Assembly (NCBI RefSeq): GCF_009834535.1
Contig: NC_045696.1
Coordinates: 119,786,001-119,850,000, forward strand
Reading direction: 5' to 3'
Length of the DNA: 64,000 nt
From: Camelus ferus
Taxonomy: Eukaryota
A program made the position numbers and the translations under genes. Below are positions 36,801 through 48,084 of this stretch, one piece after another. The notes below the pieces were generated by a model, which was not told where the DNA came from, made no database searches, and was given only the letters and a program-made list of their open reading frames with translations. Numbering within the stretch: the first letter of the stretch is position 1; every line of letters starts with the position of its first letter.

Positions 36801-39800
36801 TGAGACAGCAGTGTGGCCGGCTGTGGGCTACGAGGGCTGTGAATCTGAGTCCGCTGCAAGGGAGCGGGCGTGCTTACCTAGGCCTCGCTGACTTCATTTG
36901 TTGTTTTGCTTACTGTTTTGTAGTCAACATCCCTTTTTTTCCTCTCTTTTGAGGGGTTTCATAATAGTTGACGGTGTAGCCTGCACTGTGCAGTTTAGTA
37001 ATCACTAGGCACATGTGTCTATTTAAGTTAGATTAAAAATTCACTTCCTCTTTTTAACTAGTCACATTTCAGGTGCTCACCACAACAGGTCACCAGTGGC
37101 CACTGTACTGGGCAGCACAGGTAAAAAATTTCCATCATCACAGAAAGTTCTATTGGATGTTGCCATATAGACAAGACAAAATGTATGGGACGTTTAATGT
37201 ACCGGCATCTCGGTTTGCAGAAAAGTATCTTTCTGTTCAGTCAAAATTTTTCCATGAATTATTTCAGAGAATGACTTTTTTCTTAACTTGTGACCTCCTT
37301 TTACAGAGCCCCTCCGATGTGTCTTCTGCCACACTCACATTATGAGCAGGTCATGACTGCATTTGGAGGCAAAGGGTATTTTGTACAAACACCAGAAGAA
37401 CTGCAGAAATCCCTGAGGCAGAGCCTGGAAGACACAACTAAACCCTCTCTCATCAACATCATGATTGAGCCACAGGCCATGCGGAAGGCCCAGGTAAAGG
37501 CAATTGCTAAGCAGAAATGCATCTCCCCTCCCACCCCCAAAAGTATCTACCTCATAGAACACCCTGTAATTTACAGAGTTCTTTCTAAACCATTTCTGAA
37601 CTTAGCACTTTGATTTGTTTGTTCAATGAATATTTATTGAGATGTGTGTTAGGTGTGCTGTGTCAGGTGCTAAGAATAGCATGGTGAGCAAAGCCAGACT
37701 CAGCCCTCACCTCATGGAGTTTACTGTCCAACAGGAGAGAAGTACAGACGAGTCACCTCTCAACTGAATGTGTCACAACAGAATGAGGCAGTTTCTCTGA
37801 AGGAAAGAAACCCAGCTCTGAATGAACGAAAAACAAAACAATCAGATTTATACTGAGGTCACAGGGAAGGCTTCTCAGAGGAAATGATGCTTAAATGAAG
37901 GATAGGTAGGGGCAAACTCAGCAAAGAGGCAAGAGATGTGCAAAGACCCTGTGGCAGGAGGGAGCACACAAGTCCGAGGAGTTGCAAGAAGGCCAGCGTG
38001 GCTGGAGGGCAGAGGGTAGAGGAGGCACAGTGGAGGTGAGACTCTAATAGGGTGATTTGTGCGGTTACATTCACAGTTAGTTACTTCGGCCTCTAAAGCA
38101 AAACCACAGTGTGGATGATAGCAGTGAGATAAATGACAGTGTGTAGTATGTTCCTCTCCAAGCCCAGATTAAGATGCTGTTCATACTTAACTTTGTGCTC
38201 GGGTCCTGGTCCCAGTACTTGCTTTCTCTTATATTCCTGTCCTCCACGCTTACACCTTGCATTTCAGGTGCTGTTTTCAGCACAATAATTTTTTCGAAGT
38301 AGTTTCTATCTTGGTTCTTTATACACATATCTGCTGTTAAGATTTTTTCTTTTTTTGAACAAGACAGTGGACAGATGGGCAAATGGACACCTGGACAATG
38401 AATGAAATGTAAATTAGCTAATTTGGAAACTATAAAATATATAGAATTCTACTGAAATTCTGTTTCTGTAAAAACAGATACTAAGGATTTTGGTGAAAGG
38501 AACCAAGGGGAACTATAGGACAGCTGGAAAACAATAAAATGGCAATAAGGACATATGTATCAATAATTACTTTGAATACTAATGGATTAAATTCTCAAAC
38601 CAAAATAAATAAAGTGGCTCAGTGGATACCAAAACCAGACACATCTGTGTGCTGCCTCTGAGAGACTGACTTCAGCTGTAAGGACACACAGACTGGAAGT
38701 GAAGGGATAGAAAGGGATGACCCATGCATATGGAAACCAAAAGAAAGCTGGAGTAGCAATACTTGTATCAGATTAAACAGACTTTAAAACATAAAGACTG
38801 TAGTAAGAAGCAAAGAAGGGCATTACATAATGACAAAGGGGCCAACCCAACAATAGGACGTAACATTTGTAAATATTTATGTAGACAACATAGGTGCACT
38901 TATATATATAAAGCAAATATTACCAGACCTAAAGGGAGAAACAGACAGCAATAATATTAATAACAGGAGGGGACTTTAACACCCCATTTATATCAGTGGA
39001 TAGACCATCCAGACAGAAAATCAGGTAAGAAACATCAGCCTTAAATGGCAAAATTCTAGCACACTGAACCCAGCAGCACATGAAAAGCATCACACGCCGT
39101 GGCCAAGTGGGAGTTATAGGGATGCAGGGTGTCTCAGCATCTACAGATCAGTCAGTGTGTACACTGCATGAACGAAGTGAAGGGTAAAAGTCATGTGATC
39201 ATCTCCATAGATGCAGGAAAAAAGCACAGTGACAAAATGCAGCATCTATTTATGGTAAAAACTCTAAACAAAGTGGGTATAGAGGGAACATACCGCAACA
39301 TGGTCAAAGTCATATATGACAAGCCCACAGCTAAGACCATATTCAACAGTGAAAAGCTGAAAGCTTCCTCTGAGATCAGGACCAAGAGAAGGATGCTCAC
39401 TCTCACCGCTTTTATTCACCATGGCATTGGTGGTCCTAGCCAGAGCACTTAGCCAAGAAAAAGAAATGAAAGGCATCCAGATTGGAAGCAAAGAAGTAAA
39501 AGGGTCACTATTTGCAGATGATGTGATGTTATATAGAGAAAACCCTAAAAACTCCACCAAAAACTGTTAGAATAAATAAATCCAACAGAGTTGTAGGATA
39601 CAAAATTAATACACAGAACTCTGTTGCATTTGTAAACAGTAGCCACAAACTATCAGAAATCAAGAAAGCAATGTCATTTACAGTTGCATCAAAAATAATA
39701 AAGTATTTAGGAATAAATTTAACCAAGGACTTGGAAGATCTATACTCTGAAAACTATATGACATAAATGAAAAAAAGTGAAGAAGACACGAAAAAATGGG

Positions 39801-42800
39801 AAGATATTTCATACTCATGGATTGGAATTTTAGCAGTTCATATTGTTAAAATGTCCATACTATCCAAAGCATTCTACAGATTCAGTGCAGTCTCTATCAG
39901 AATTTTAATGGCATTTTGGAAATAGAACAAACAATCCTAAAATTTGTGTGGAAACACAAAAGACCTCAATTAGCCAAAGCATTCTTGAGAAAGAACAAAG
40001 CTAGAGGCATTAAATTACCTGATTTCAAAATATATTACAAAGCTTTGGTAATCAAAACAGTATGGTATTGGCATTAAAACGGACACATAAATCAATGGAA
40101 CAGAATAGAGAGCCCAGAAATAAACCCAAGCGTATATGGTCAATTAATTTATGACAAAGGGGAAATGAATATACAATGGAGAAAGGACAATCTGTTCAGT
40201 AGATGGTGTTGGAAAAACTAGGCAGTCGCATGGAAAGAATGAAATAAGAACATGTTCTTATGCCATTTTTATACCATGTTCTTACACAAAAATTAAAGTG
40301 GATTAAAGACTTGAATATAAAACCTGAAACCGTAAAATTCCTAGAGGAAAACTGGCAGTAAGCTCCTTGACATTGGTCTTGGAGGTAGTTTTTTTTTAAT
40401 CTGACACCAAAAGCTGAGGCAACAAAAGCAAAAATAAACAAGTGGGACCACATCAGACTAAAGCTTCGACACAGCAAAGGGGACCATCAACAAAACAAGA
40501 AGGCAACCCATTGAATGGGAGAAAATATTTGTAAATTATATTGTGTGATGCAGGGTTAGTACCTGAAAAATATAACGAACTCATTTAACTCAATAGCAAA
40601 AAGTAAACAGTCCAGTGTAAAAGCAGAGAGAAAATATAAATAGACATTTTCCAAAGAAGACATACAGATGGCCAACAGGCACATGAAAAGATGCTCAGCA
40701 TTACTAGTCATCAGGGAAATGCACATCAAAACCACAATGAGATGTCCCCTCACACCTGTTAGAATGGCTGTTACCAAAGAGACAAGAAATAAGCGTTGGT
40801 GAAGATGTGCAGAAAAGGGAATCCTTGTGCCCTGTTGGTGGGAGTGTATATTGGTATAGCCATTATGGAAAACAGTATGCAGGGTCCTCATAAAATTAAG
40901 TGCAAAACTACCATGTGATCCGGCAATGCCACTTCTGGGTATTTATGTGAAGAAAATGAAAACACTATCTCTAAACGATACATGCACTTCCATTTTCCTT
41001 GCAGCATTATTTACAATAACCAAGATATGAAACAACCTACAAGTTGGATTATTATTCAGCTATAAAAAAGACTGAAATCTTACCATTGCAACAACATGGT
41101 TGGGCCTTGAGGGCGTTATGCCAAGTGACTTAAGTCAGACAGAGAAAGACAAGTGCTGTATAATCTCATGGAATTTAAAGCAAACAAAAACATGAGGCTC
41201 CTAGATACAGAGACAGATTGGTGGTTGCCAGGGGTGGGTGGTGGGGATGGGAAAAATGGGTGAAGGGGGTCAAAAGGTATAGAAAACAAGTATGTCATTG
41301 GAGATGTAATGCACAGCATAGTGACTATAGTTAATAATGTATCGCATATTTGAAAGTTGCTAAGAGAATAGATAGTAAAAGTTCCCGTCACAAGAAGAAT
41401 TTTTGTGACTATGTATGGTAATGAGCGTTAACTAGACTTACTATAGTGATGACTTCTCGATGTGTACAAATACCGAATCATTATGTTGTGCACCTGAAAC
41501 TAACGTAATGTTATGTGTCAGTTATACTTCAGTTTCACAGAGACAGAGGCAGGCTTTGGCATAGCCTCCCCTGGGCTCTTCACAGAGCAGAGAGAAGAGA
41601 TACTTGGGGAGAAGCATGCTCAGGGGGGTGATGAGCAGAGAGAGGTGTTGGGGAGATGGCATTAGCAGGGATCTATGTGGAGCAAGCAGGCAGACTCTTG
41701 TTAGGTCGGATTCACAACTACTCTGTACCTTTGTGGGTTTAATGATTGCCTTTTAAAAAAAATCTAATGAGGGAGGAGGGTGAGAAGGGATAAACTTGGA
41801 GTTCAAGATTTGCAGATACTGACTAGTAGCTATAAACAGATGAACAAATTTATACCGTAGAGCACAGGGAAATATATTCAGTATCTTGTAGTAGCTCATG
41901 GTGAGAAAGAATATGAAAATGAATATATTATATTCACGTATGACTGAAGAATTGTGCTGTACACCAGAAATTAACACAACATTGTAAACTGACTATAACT
42001 CAATAAAAAAAAAAGAAATCCAAAAAAAATTTTTTTTAATTCAAAATATCTAGTTGTTGAAGTTTTTAATACTTTGATTTTGTTTTGACACCTCATTTTC
42101 TTACTGTGAAAAAATTAGTTCCCAACAATACTAATTACTTACTTGATTTTATCCTGATGCACACACACATAGACATTAATTGTTACATATATAAGCTATT
42201 GTAATAGCTTCAAAATCACAATTTTAGTACGAATATAAACCTACTAAATTCAATTTAAGACATCTTTGCAGGTGTTTTTTTCCTTTAGTTATACAGTGAA
42301 AATACAGAGCTTTAAAGTCATAATAACTTTTCTCAAAGTGGTTATGCCACTAACTTTATACAGTTAGTTTCATTTGTCTAATTTTTGGCTTTAAATGGGT
42401 TTAAAAATATTTTTAAAAGAAAATCTAGTTGTTGAAATGATTTCTGCTAGCTAGACTCACAGTAAATAGGTCTTAAAATCTCATGGCATTTTGTCTGCAG
42501 CTGAGTATGTGGCTGGGATGTTAGTTTTGCAACCCAGGACGCCCTCCTCCAGGCATCAGGGTATCAGAGTCCTAGGGAAACTAAAGCCACAGAGGCTTGG
42601 TAAACACGTTCAGGACACACACACAAAATAGTCTTGACACCTGTGCTGGTCACGTAGGGGCCCAGGTTGTCCCTGCACTGCCTTTCTAAATGATCTTTGA
42701 AAGGTCTATTCTCTAAGTTCTCTATGAATTTGGGGTGGGTATGGCTGGAAAAATACAAGTTCTTATTTCTTCTTTTATGATTTGATGAAGATTATCCTTG

Positions 42801-44065
42801 TATTTTTTGCATGTACCACTTAACATTTTTTAATCTTCATTCCAGTAGAATTCCACACACATTATGGTTTCTAAGCGTTGATTTTTTACTGATGGAGTGT
42901 GTCCATCACCATTTGTCATTCTTTTAAAATTGAAGTATAGTTGATTTGCAATATTATGTTAGTTTTAGGTATATAGAATTTCTATAGATTATACTCTATT
43001 TAAAGTTATAAAATGTTGGCTATATTTCCTGTGCTGTACAATATATCCTTGTAACATGTATTTTTATATGCAGAAGTTTGTGTGTCTCAATCTCATACCC
43101 CTATCTTGTCCCTCCCCCATCCCTCTCCCCACTGGTCACCTCTAGTTTTCTATGAATCTAAACAAATATGTGCACCCCAGTGTTCAGAGCAGCACTATTT
43201 ACTATAGTCAAGACATGGACTGCAACCTAAATGTCCACTGACAGATGACTGAATAAAGGAGATGTGTATATATATATACATATGTTTGTGTATATATATA
43301 TGTGTATATATGCATATATACACACAACAGAGTATTCCTCAGCCAAAAAAATGAATGAAATTTTGCCATCTGCAACAACATGGATGGCAGATGGACCAGA
43401 GAATGTTATGCTTAGTGAAATAAGTCAGAGAAAGAAGAATACTGTATATTACCACTTATATGTGGAATCTGAAAAATAAAACAAATGAATATAATAAAAC
43501 AAACAGACTCGCAGATACAGGGAATGGACCAGTGGTTACCATTTGTCATGGAAGCGGTCTGGCTGGCCACTTCCTGCTATAATACAGGGAGGCCCTAATC
43601 TCCACAGCTGCCTGTGGCCGGGTCACTCATGTGCGATGACTTTAGTCTTGGGCAAGGCTTCTGTGCACTGGCCTTTCTACCCTCGTTCTTAGACGTGGGA
43701 GCTCGGCCCTCTGTGAGCTGCCTCCATCTTCTCGCTTCTTTTGCATGGATTTCTGGTGCTTTCAGACTCGTTTTTTTGTGCCCTGATTACTATTAATAGT
43801 GGAGGACCTAGAAAGTGATTTTAGGTTGTTTTGTAGGAGAGACGGCAAGGTTCACTAATGGATTTTTATTAGTTCCTTTTTGGGAAGAGCTCCAGACCAA
43901 AGACAAACTTCATTTACCACCATCGTGGCTAGCGTGGTGCTAGCGGGACTTTTAGAGTTTAGATCAAGCGAAACAGGATCTAGTTTGAGACAGTTACTTC
44001 TTTTGACTGAATGCTTGTCTTTCTTTTTCTAGGACTTTCACTGGCTGACCAGCTCCAAAATGTGA
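13519..44065 (+). CDS. HACL1: HACL1, 2-hydroxyacyl-CoA lyase 1 (TPP-dependent peroxisomal alpha-oxidation lyase); 17 coding exons, 1743 nt, 580 aa
   Basis: Manually spliced exons give an uninterrupted [32 protein letters not shown]...RNEQAACYAAS...[29 protein letters not shown] (TPP-binding motif)...[10 protein letters not shown]. All introns are GT-AG and the phases add up. Confidence 0.98.
13771..13875 (+). CDS. HACL1: HACL1 exon 2
   Basis: cccag|[38 protein letters not shown] (includes the conserved Glu of TPP enzymes); donor GCG|gtaagt. Confidence 0.97.
15695..15938 (-). mobile_element. Chimeric L1-derived retroposon with 18-bp TSD
   Basis: TSD ttaacatggatttaagtt at 15677-15694 and 15939-15956; the interior is a young L1 3'UTR piece plus an ancient L1M-type 3' end. 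Confidence 0.75.
16190..16950 (+). mobile_element. Degraded, rearranged L1 ORF2 fragments
   Basis: A-rich L1 ORF2 motifs (aagccaaaaattggttcttggaaaagattaataaa). Confidence 0.7.
17172..17212 (+). CDS. HACL1: HACL1 exon 3
   Basis: tgtag|[16 protein letters not shown](R); AG|gtaaac. Confidence 0.96.
17240..17971 (-). mobile_element. L1 3' end (L1MA-like / cetartiodactyl subfamily)
   Basis: ttagtttcagatgtacaacatagtgattc...tttttgaggaacctccatac...gtaccaattt. Confidence 0.85.
18491..18571 (+). CDS. HACL1: HACL1 exon 4
   Basis: ttcag|[27 protein letters not shown](W); TG|gtaatt. Confidence 0.97.
18797..18832. repeat. (AT)18 microsatellite in HACL1 intron 4
   Basis: Direct reading. Confidence 0.95.
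19680..19752 (+). CDS. HACL1: HACL1 exon 5
   Basis: ttcag|[28 protein letters not shown]|gtaccg. Confidence 0.97.
21395..21472 (+). CDS. HACL1: HACL1 exon 6
   Basis: atag|[32 protein letters not shown]|gtacag. Confidence 0.96.
22294..22388 (+). CDS. HACL1: HACL1 exon 7
   Basis: ctcag|[34 protein letters not shown](K); AA|gtgagt. Confidence 0.96.
23980..24092 (+). CDS. HACL1: HACL1 exon 8
   Basis: cccag|[38 protein letters not shown](G); AAG|gtagcc. Confidence 0.94.
26338..26473 (+). CDS. HACL1: HACL1 exon 9
   Basis: tgcag|[46 protein letters not shown](R); CAG|gtacgt. Confidence 0.96.
26570..28110 (-). mobile_element. Old L1M 5'/ORF1-region remnant
   Basis: T-rich antisense L1 motifs (aaatttgggaagtttttggctgttatttcttcaaatat). 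Confidence 0.6.
29280..29668 (+). mobile_element. L1MC/MD-type 3' end with perfect 16-bp TSD
   Basis: gtgaaccctaatgtaaactatggactttgg motif; A-rich tail; TSD aaaatacctgcttcta at 29264-29279 and 29669-29684, preceded by TTTT. Confidence 0.8.
30343..30448 (+). CDS. HACL1: HACL1 exon 10
   Basis: aatag|[39 protein letters not shown]|gtactc. Confidence 0.97.
31773..31856 (+). CDS. HACL1: HACL1 exon 11
   Basis: ttcag|[34 protein letters not shown]|gtaggc. Confidence 0.97.
32803..32904 (+). CDS. HACL1: HACL1 exon 12
   Basis: polyT-ag|[40 protein letters not shown]|gtaaga. Confidence 0.97.
34760..34914 (+). CDS. HACL1: HACL1 exon 13
   Basis: tttag|[54 protein letters not shown](R); CAG|gtacag. Confidence 0.97.
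35335..35493 (+). CDS. HACL1: HACL1 exon 14
   Basis: aacag|[53 protein letters not shown](R); CAG|gtaaaa. Confidence 0.97.
36289..36396 (+). CDS. HACL1: HACL1 exon 15
   Basis: tttag|[36 protein letters not shown](A); GC|gtaagt. Confidence 0.97.
37307..37493 (+). CDS. HACL1: HACL1 exon 16
   Basis: tacag|[66 protein letters not shown]|gtaaag. Confidence 0.96.
37613..38050 (-). mobile_element. L2 remnant
   Basis: ttcaatgaatatttattgag...ccctcacctcatggagtttac resembles an antisense L2 3' end. Confidence 0.65.
38528..41536 (+). mobile_element. About 3-kb internally deleted L1 ORF2 + 3'UTR (L1MA-like) in HACL1 intron 16
   Basis: EN start, RT motif (ctatttgcagatgatgtg, LFADD), C-terminal region and 3'UTR; disrupted frames. 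Confidence 0.9.
41770..42014 (+). mobile_element. Young L1 3'UTR fragment with A-tail
   Basis: Similar to 7600-7830; ends ctcaataaaaaaaaaa. Confidence 0.85.
42920..43537 (-). mobile_element. 5'-inverted (twin-primed) L1 with 12-bp TSD
   Basis: Antisense 3' end at 42920-43160 joined to a sense upstream segment at 43161-43537; TSD accatttgtcat at 42908-42919 and 43538-43549. Confidence 0.85.
44033..44065 (+). CDS. HACL1: HACL1 terminal exon 17 (coding part), ending in a PTS1-type tripeptide SKM
   Basis: tttctag|GAC TTT CAC TGG CTG ACC AGC TCC AAA ATG TGA = [10 protein letters not shown]. Confidence 0.96.
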   Translation, partial: DFHWLTSSKM

Positions 44066-44167
44066 AGACTCCGGTGAGTGGCTTGAGGAGCTTTCTCTTT
44101 CCTGTGAGGTGGACTTTTATTTTCCACAGCAACATTACTATAATGTTAAAATTGTTGTGCAAAGAAA

Positions 44168-44216
44168 AATAAAATACATTTCTAAATGATATTTTATAAT
44201 AAAGGAATTGATTAAA
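44168..44216 (+). terminator. HACL1 polyadenylation signals
   Basis: AATAAA at 44168 and 44198 and ATTAAA at 44211, about 100-150 nt after the stop codon. Confidence 0.75.
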
Positions 44217-45789
44217 AAACATTAAAAGTTACCACCAGTATCTTATCACAGAAATAACCACTTAGATGAAAAAAGTTTATTAAATAGCATTGTTACACAT
44301 CAGTTTTCTTTTAAGTAAACCTATTCCTGAAGTCACATATCTTTTAAAAACATCTTCCAAGGAAGAAAGTTCCAAGAACTGTCCAGTGCCAGGCGTGTTC
44401 TGTAAGTTGGGTACCTGGACTCTCCCTGCTTGTCTGTAGACCACTTCCTACCTTAGCTGTGAAGGAAAAGCCGGGCTGGGCTAACAAGATAGCTCACAAA
44501 TCTAAGTGTTGGAATACTGATCTGAGTTCTGCTGCACTAACTTGTAGATCTAAGTTAATTAGTGTTGGTTTGCTGTTCATGTTTTTTTGCTTGCCAGCTG
44601 GGTTTTCAAAGATACATACCTGGCTTTGGAATGTTGGTTTGCTGCCTCCCCGCCTCCACTTTTGTGATGATAATGCTGCTAAAGCTGTTCCATGCCTATT
44701 GGCCGAATACCCCAAGCTTGTACTTTACCCTACAAAACCTCATGCGCACGTCTTGGAGGTGCTCAGAGCTTCGGAGCAGAAGCCCCTCTGAGCCCGCCGG
44801 CGTAATACATCTGAGTACTCCAACCCTCCGAGTGGCGCTTGTTTCTTGACTGGCCTGTTGCTTCCGTAACAAGCCTCTGTATTTCATGGGGCTTGTCTTA
44901 CACTTACGAGTTGGGTTTTTGTTCTGTTTTGTTTTTCTGGAAATGACTTATTGAGCCAAAGGAGAAGTCACACCACACCCAAAGTAATAATTTCAGGGTA
45001 TATTTGGATTAACAGCCTTTTTTATGTGTGCCACCTTGAGACCAACAGAATCAACAGCCTTAATATATAAAGAACTCTTATAAATAAGAAAGATATTAAT
45101 GCACTAGTAGAAAAATGGGCAAAGGACATGAATGTGTGATTAACAGAAGTACACAAGTAATCCATAAAAGTATGAGTATGAATAAATATGAATTGTAAGT
45201 TAAACTGAAAAACCTTTTTTTACCCTAGCCGCTTGGTAGTGCACTTTTTAAATGATAATTCTCAGCGTTGGGTGAGGTGAAGTGGGGACTGCCGTGCTGG
45301 GTGGAAGATGAACATGGTGCAGGAACCCACAGAGTAACTCTAGCAGTGCTGGTGTTTGCAATCATAAATGTGCATACTCCATAACTTGACCCAATGGGCT
45401 GATTTCAAGAATGTATTTTAAAGAAGTAATAAAATATTTGGTCAAATATTGACATATATAAGGCCGTTCAGCATAGCTTTACTTAGGAACACCACCAGTG
45501 TTTAATAAGACATTTGTAATATAAATTATGATCTGTCAACATCACAAAGTAAATGGAGAAATAACCACAATATAATACTAACATGAGAAAAGCAAGCTAC
45601 AAAAGTGGATGGGTCCGGGTCAGGATATACGCCTTTCACTCACACACAGATACATACATAGAGGGAAAAAGATGGGCACGAAATGAACCAACATTAATGT
45701 AACTTGGTGATGGGATCGTAAGCAATTTTTAATTTCCTCCTTTCCTGCTTTTACAAAATTTTAAAATAAAAATAATTATCTAATTGTAT

Positions 45790-46444
45790 TGTTAGAACAG
45801 GCAGATAGCTAGATATGAGCAGAGAAAGGGGGATACAGACCAAATGGCAGGACATGGGCAGAAAGGAGGGGCACAAGACAAATGCAGGAAACCACACATC
45901 ATGTAAGCACCAGGGGTCCCTGGGCAGAGAAAGAAAAGCAGGAACCTTTGGGCTGATAAGGGGCCACACCTTTTGGGGTGATGAGTGGCCTGGAGACCGC
46001 CAAAGAAAGGTGAGAAAAGGCAGGAATTTCCAGTGTCCGAATGTAACCTTTTGCTCATTATGCCCCCATTTCAATAAAATCAGCCTTGCAGATCAGAAGT
46101 ACCCATCGTGCACCAACGCCATGTCAGTGCTGATCCAGACTCAATGACAAAAATCCCTCCCTCCCTCTAGGAAGGTGGAGTTGGGATGATAATCAGGAAA
46201 TATAACCCCAAGCCCTTCTCTCCTCAATGAATATTCTGCCCATTCATTTTTACACCCTATGTAACTAACTTGCCAAAGACACACAGGGCAGCCGCTCCCC
46301 TGAGCCTGCCCGCTCTCCCCTGAGTGTGCTGTCCATCCCTTAATAAATCTTCACTTTACTTTTCTTAACCACTACGTCTTGTCTCTGAATTCTTTCTGGG
46401 ACGGGACAAGAACCTGGAACACCTGGTTGCATCCACCGGCAACA
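45790..46444 (+). mobile_element. Intact ERV1-class solo LTR (655 bp)
   Basis: TGTT...AACA termini; 4-bp TSD GTAT at 45786-45789 and 46445-46448; AATAAA at 46342 followed by a U5-like pyrimidine-rich segment. Confidence 0.88.
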
Positions 46445-47429
46445 GTATTACCAGGTAACAGACATTATTTTAAGAGAATGCTGGAAGTGGAAAAGTATCC
46501 CTTATTTTCAGGGCCATCCTTGTTGATTTCTGTGGTTCTATATGAATTGCAGCATAGGACTTTATATCCGAGTTCAGCTTGTTTGACTGTACTGTACACA
46601 TCAGACTCATCTCCACTGGCTGGTTAGGGGCCTAAGTGACCTCCACAGAGTGGTGGACTCCAGCTTTGAGGTGTGAACCCAGGGGATACCTGCAGGGAGC
46701 CGTGGTTTTTACCTGACAGGCCCATGAAATCAGGCCCCCCAGCAGGTTCTCGAACAGAGTTACACACTAGAGAGCCTGGGCTGTGTAAGAGCAGAGGGTG
46801 GAGGAGGTATCCAGGCTCATGTTACCTCTGCCCCTGGACCCTGGCTGCTGGCGGCCAAGGGAAATACAAGATTCTGCTGGAAGGCAGTGTGGAGAGCTTG
46901 ATGGGTACTTGTGAGTTGAACTGTATAAGTCTGGATACTAGATACAATTTGGGGAAACAGCTCTTTCTCTAGCCATATTATCTCAAGAGAGAAGAAATGT
47001 TGGCAGAGCAGTAGACTGCCCAGCAGAGGTCAGTCTGAACGTACAAAGATCAGACTAGTCCAGGAGCACGGTCCACCAACTGCCTGTTTTATAAATGGGA
47101 CCTTGAACTTGGTCTCCTCATTGGAATCTTTCCTTAAAGGATAGATACTGAATAAGCCCCTCTGAAATGAATCTGTTGGTTGATAGTCAAAGCTTGCTTG
47201 ATGAAACATTTTGCATCCCCTAGTTTAATAACGAACACTCTTTTTGTGATCCTAGTACATTGAATGCTCAAGTGCGTCGTAAGAACTGAACTTTGACAGA
47301 TTATGGTTGTTTTCTTGATTTAGGAAAACTAAGAATCCGGGCTGGGAAATGGATGAGTTCCTCTGTTCCTGTTCTTTTCAAAACCTTTCGTACTTCAAGG
47401 GGTTGTCTGGGGATTCAAAAAGCTATCCA

Positions 47430-47620
47430 AGGGCGAGGCTATAGTTCAGTGGTAAGAGTGTATGCTTGACATGCTCGAGGTCCGGGTTTAATCCCAGTAC
47501 CTCCATTTAAATAAATAAATAAACCTAATTACCTCCCCCCTCCAAAAATAATAAAAGTAGGGGGCTGGGAGGAAGGGAATGAAAAAAAAAAACAAAACAC
47601 TTCCCCAATTGAAAAAAAAA
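47430..47620 (+). mobile_element. vic-1-like tRNA-derived camelid SINE with extended tail
   Basis: A-box-like tagttcagtgg, B-box-like ggtttaatccc, tail aataaataaataaacctaattacctcccc; TSD aaaaagct(a/c)tcca at 47417-47429 and 47621-47633. Confidence 0.8.
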
Positions 47621-48084
47621 AAAAAGCTCTCCAGAAGCCCCAGCCAGATGCCTGGCCTCTGGAAGGCACTCAGTCAACGCCACTGTGTCTTAGGAATACG
47701 CAGCTTCAGGGTAGAGGAGAACGCTGGCTGGAATTGTGTCCTGTTTAGCAGCATGGTCTCACTTTTCAAGTAAGTGGGTCCTGTTTCCCAAGAAGATGAG
47801 TCATTTCCTGGAAAGCGGGCTGTGTGTTTTCACTTCCTTCTGCAGCCACCCGCCCACTGACTAACAGTTGAATGAGCATCCATGATGGTTGGAAATCGCT
47901 CAGTGGGTATTTTCTGTGTTGTTTCACATATGCATCTTTGATGCAGCTCAGCTCATTATGTGACAGGAGTATATTTTCCTTAGGGAAAAAAGTCAAATCT
48001 GTAACAAAGAAATAATAGGGTTTTGACACCAAAGGAAAATGAAAATAGTCTTGCATCTGAAAATATCTTTGTTCTCTTACTATT

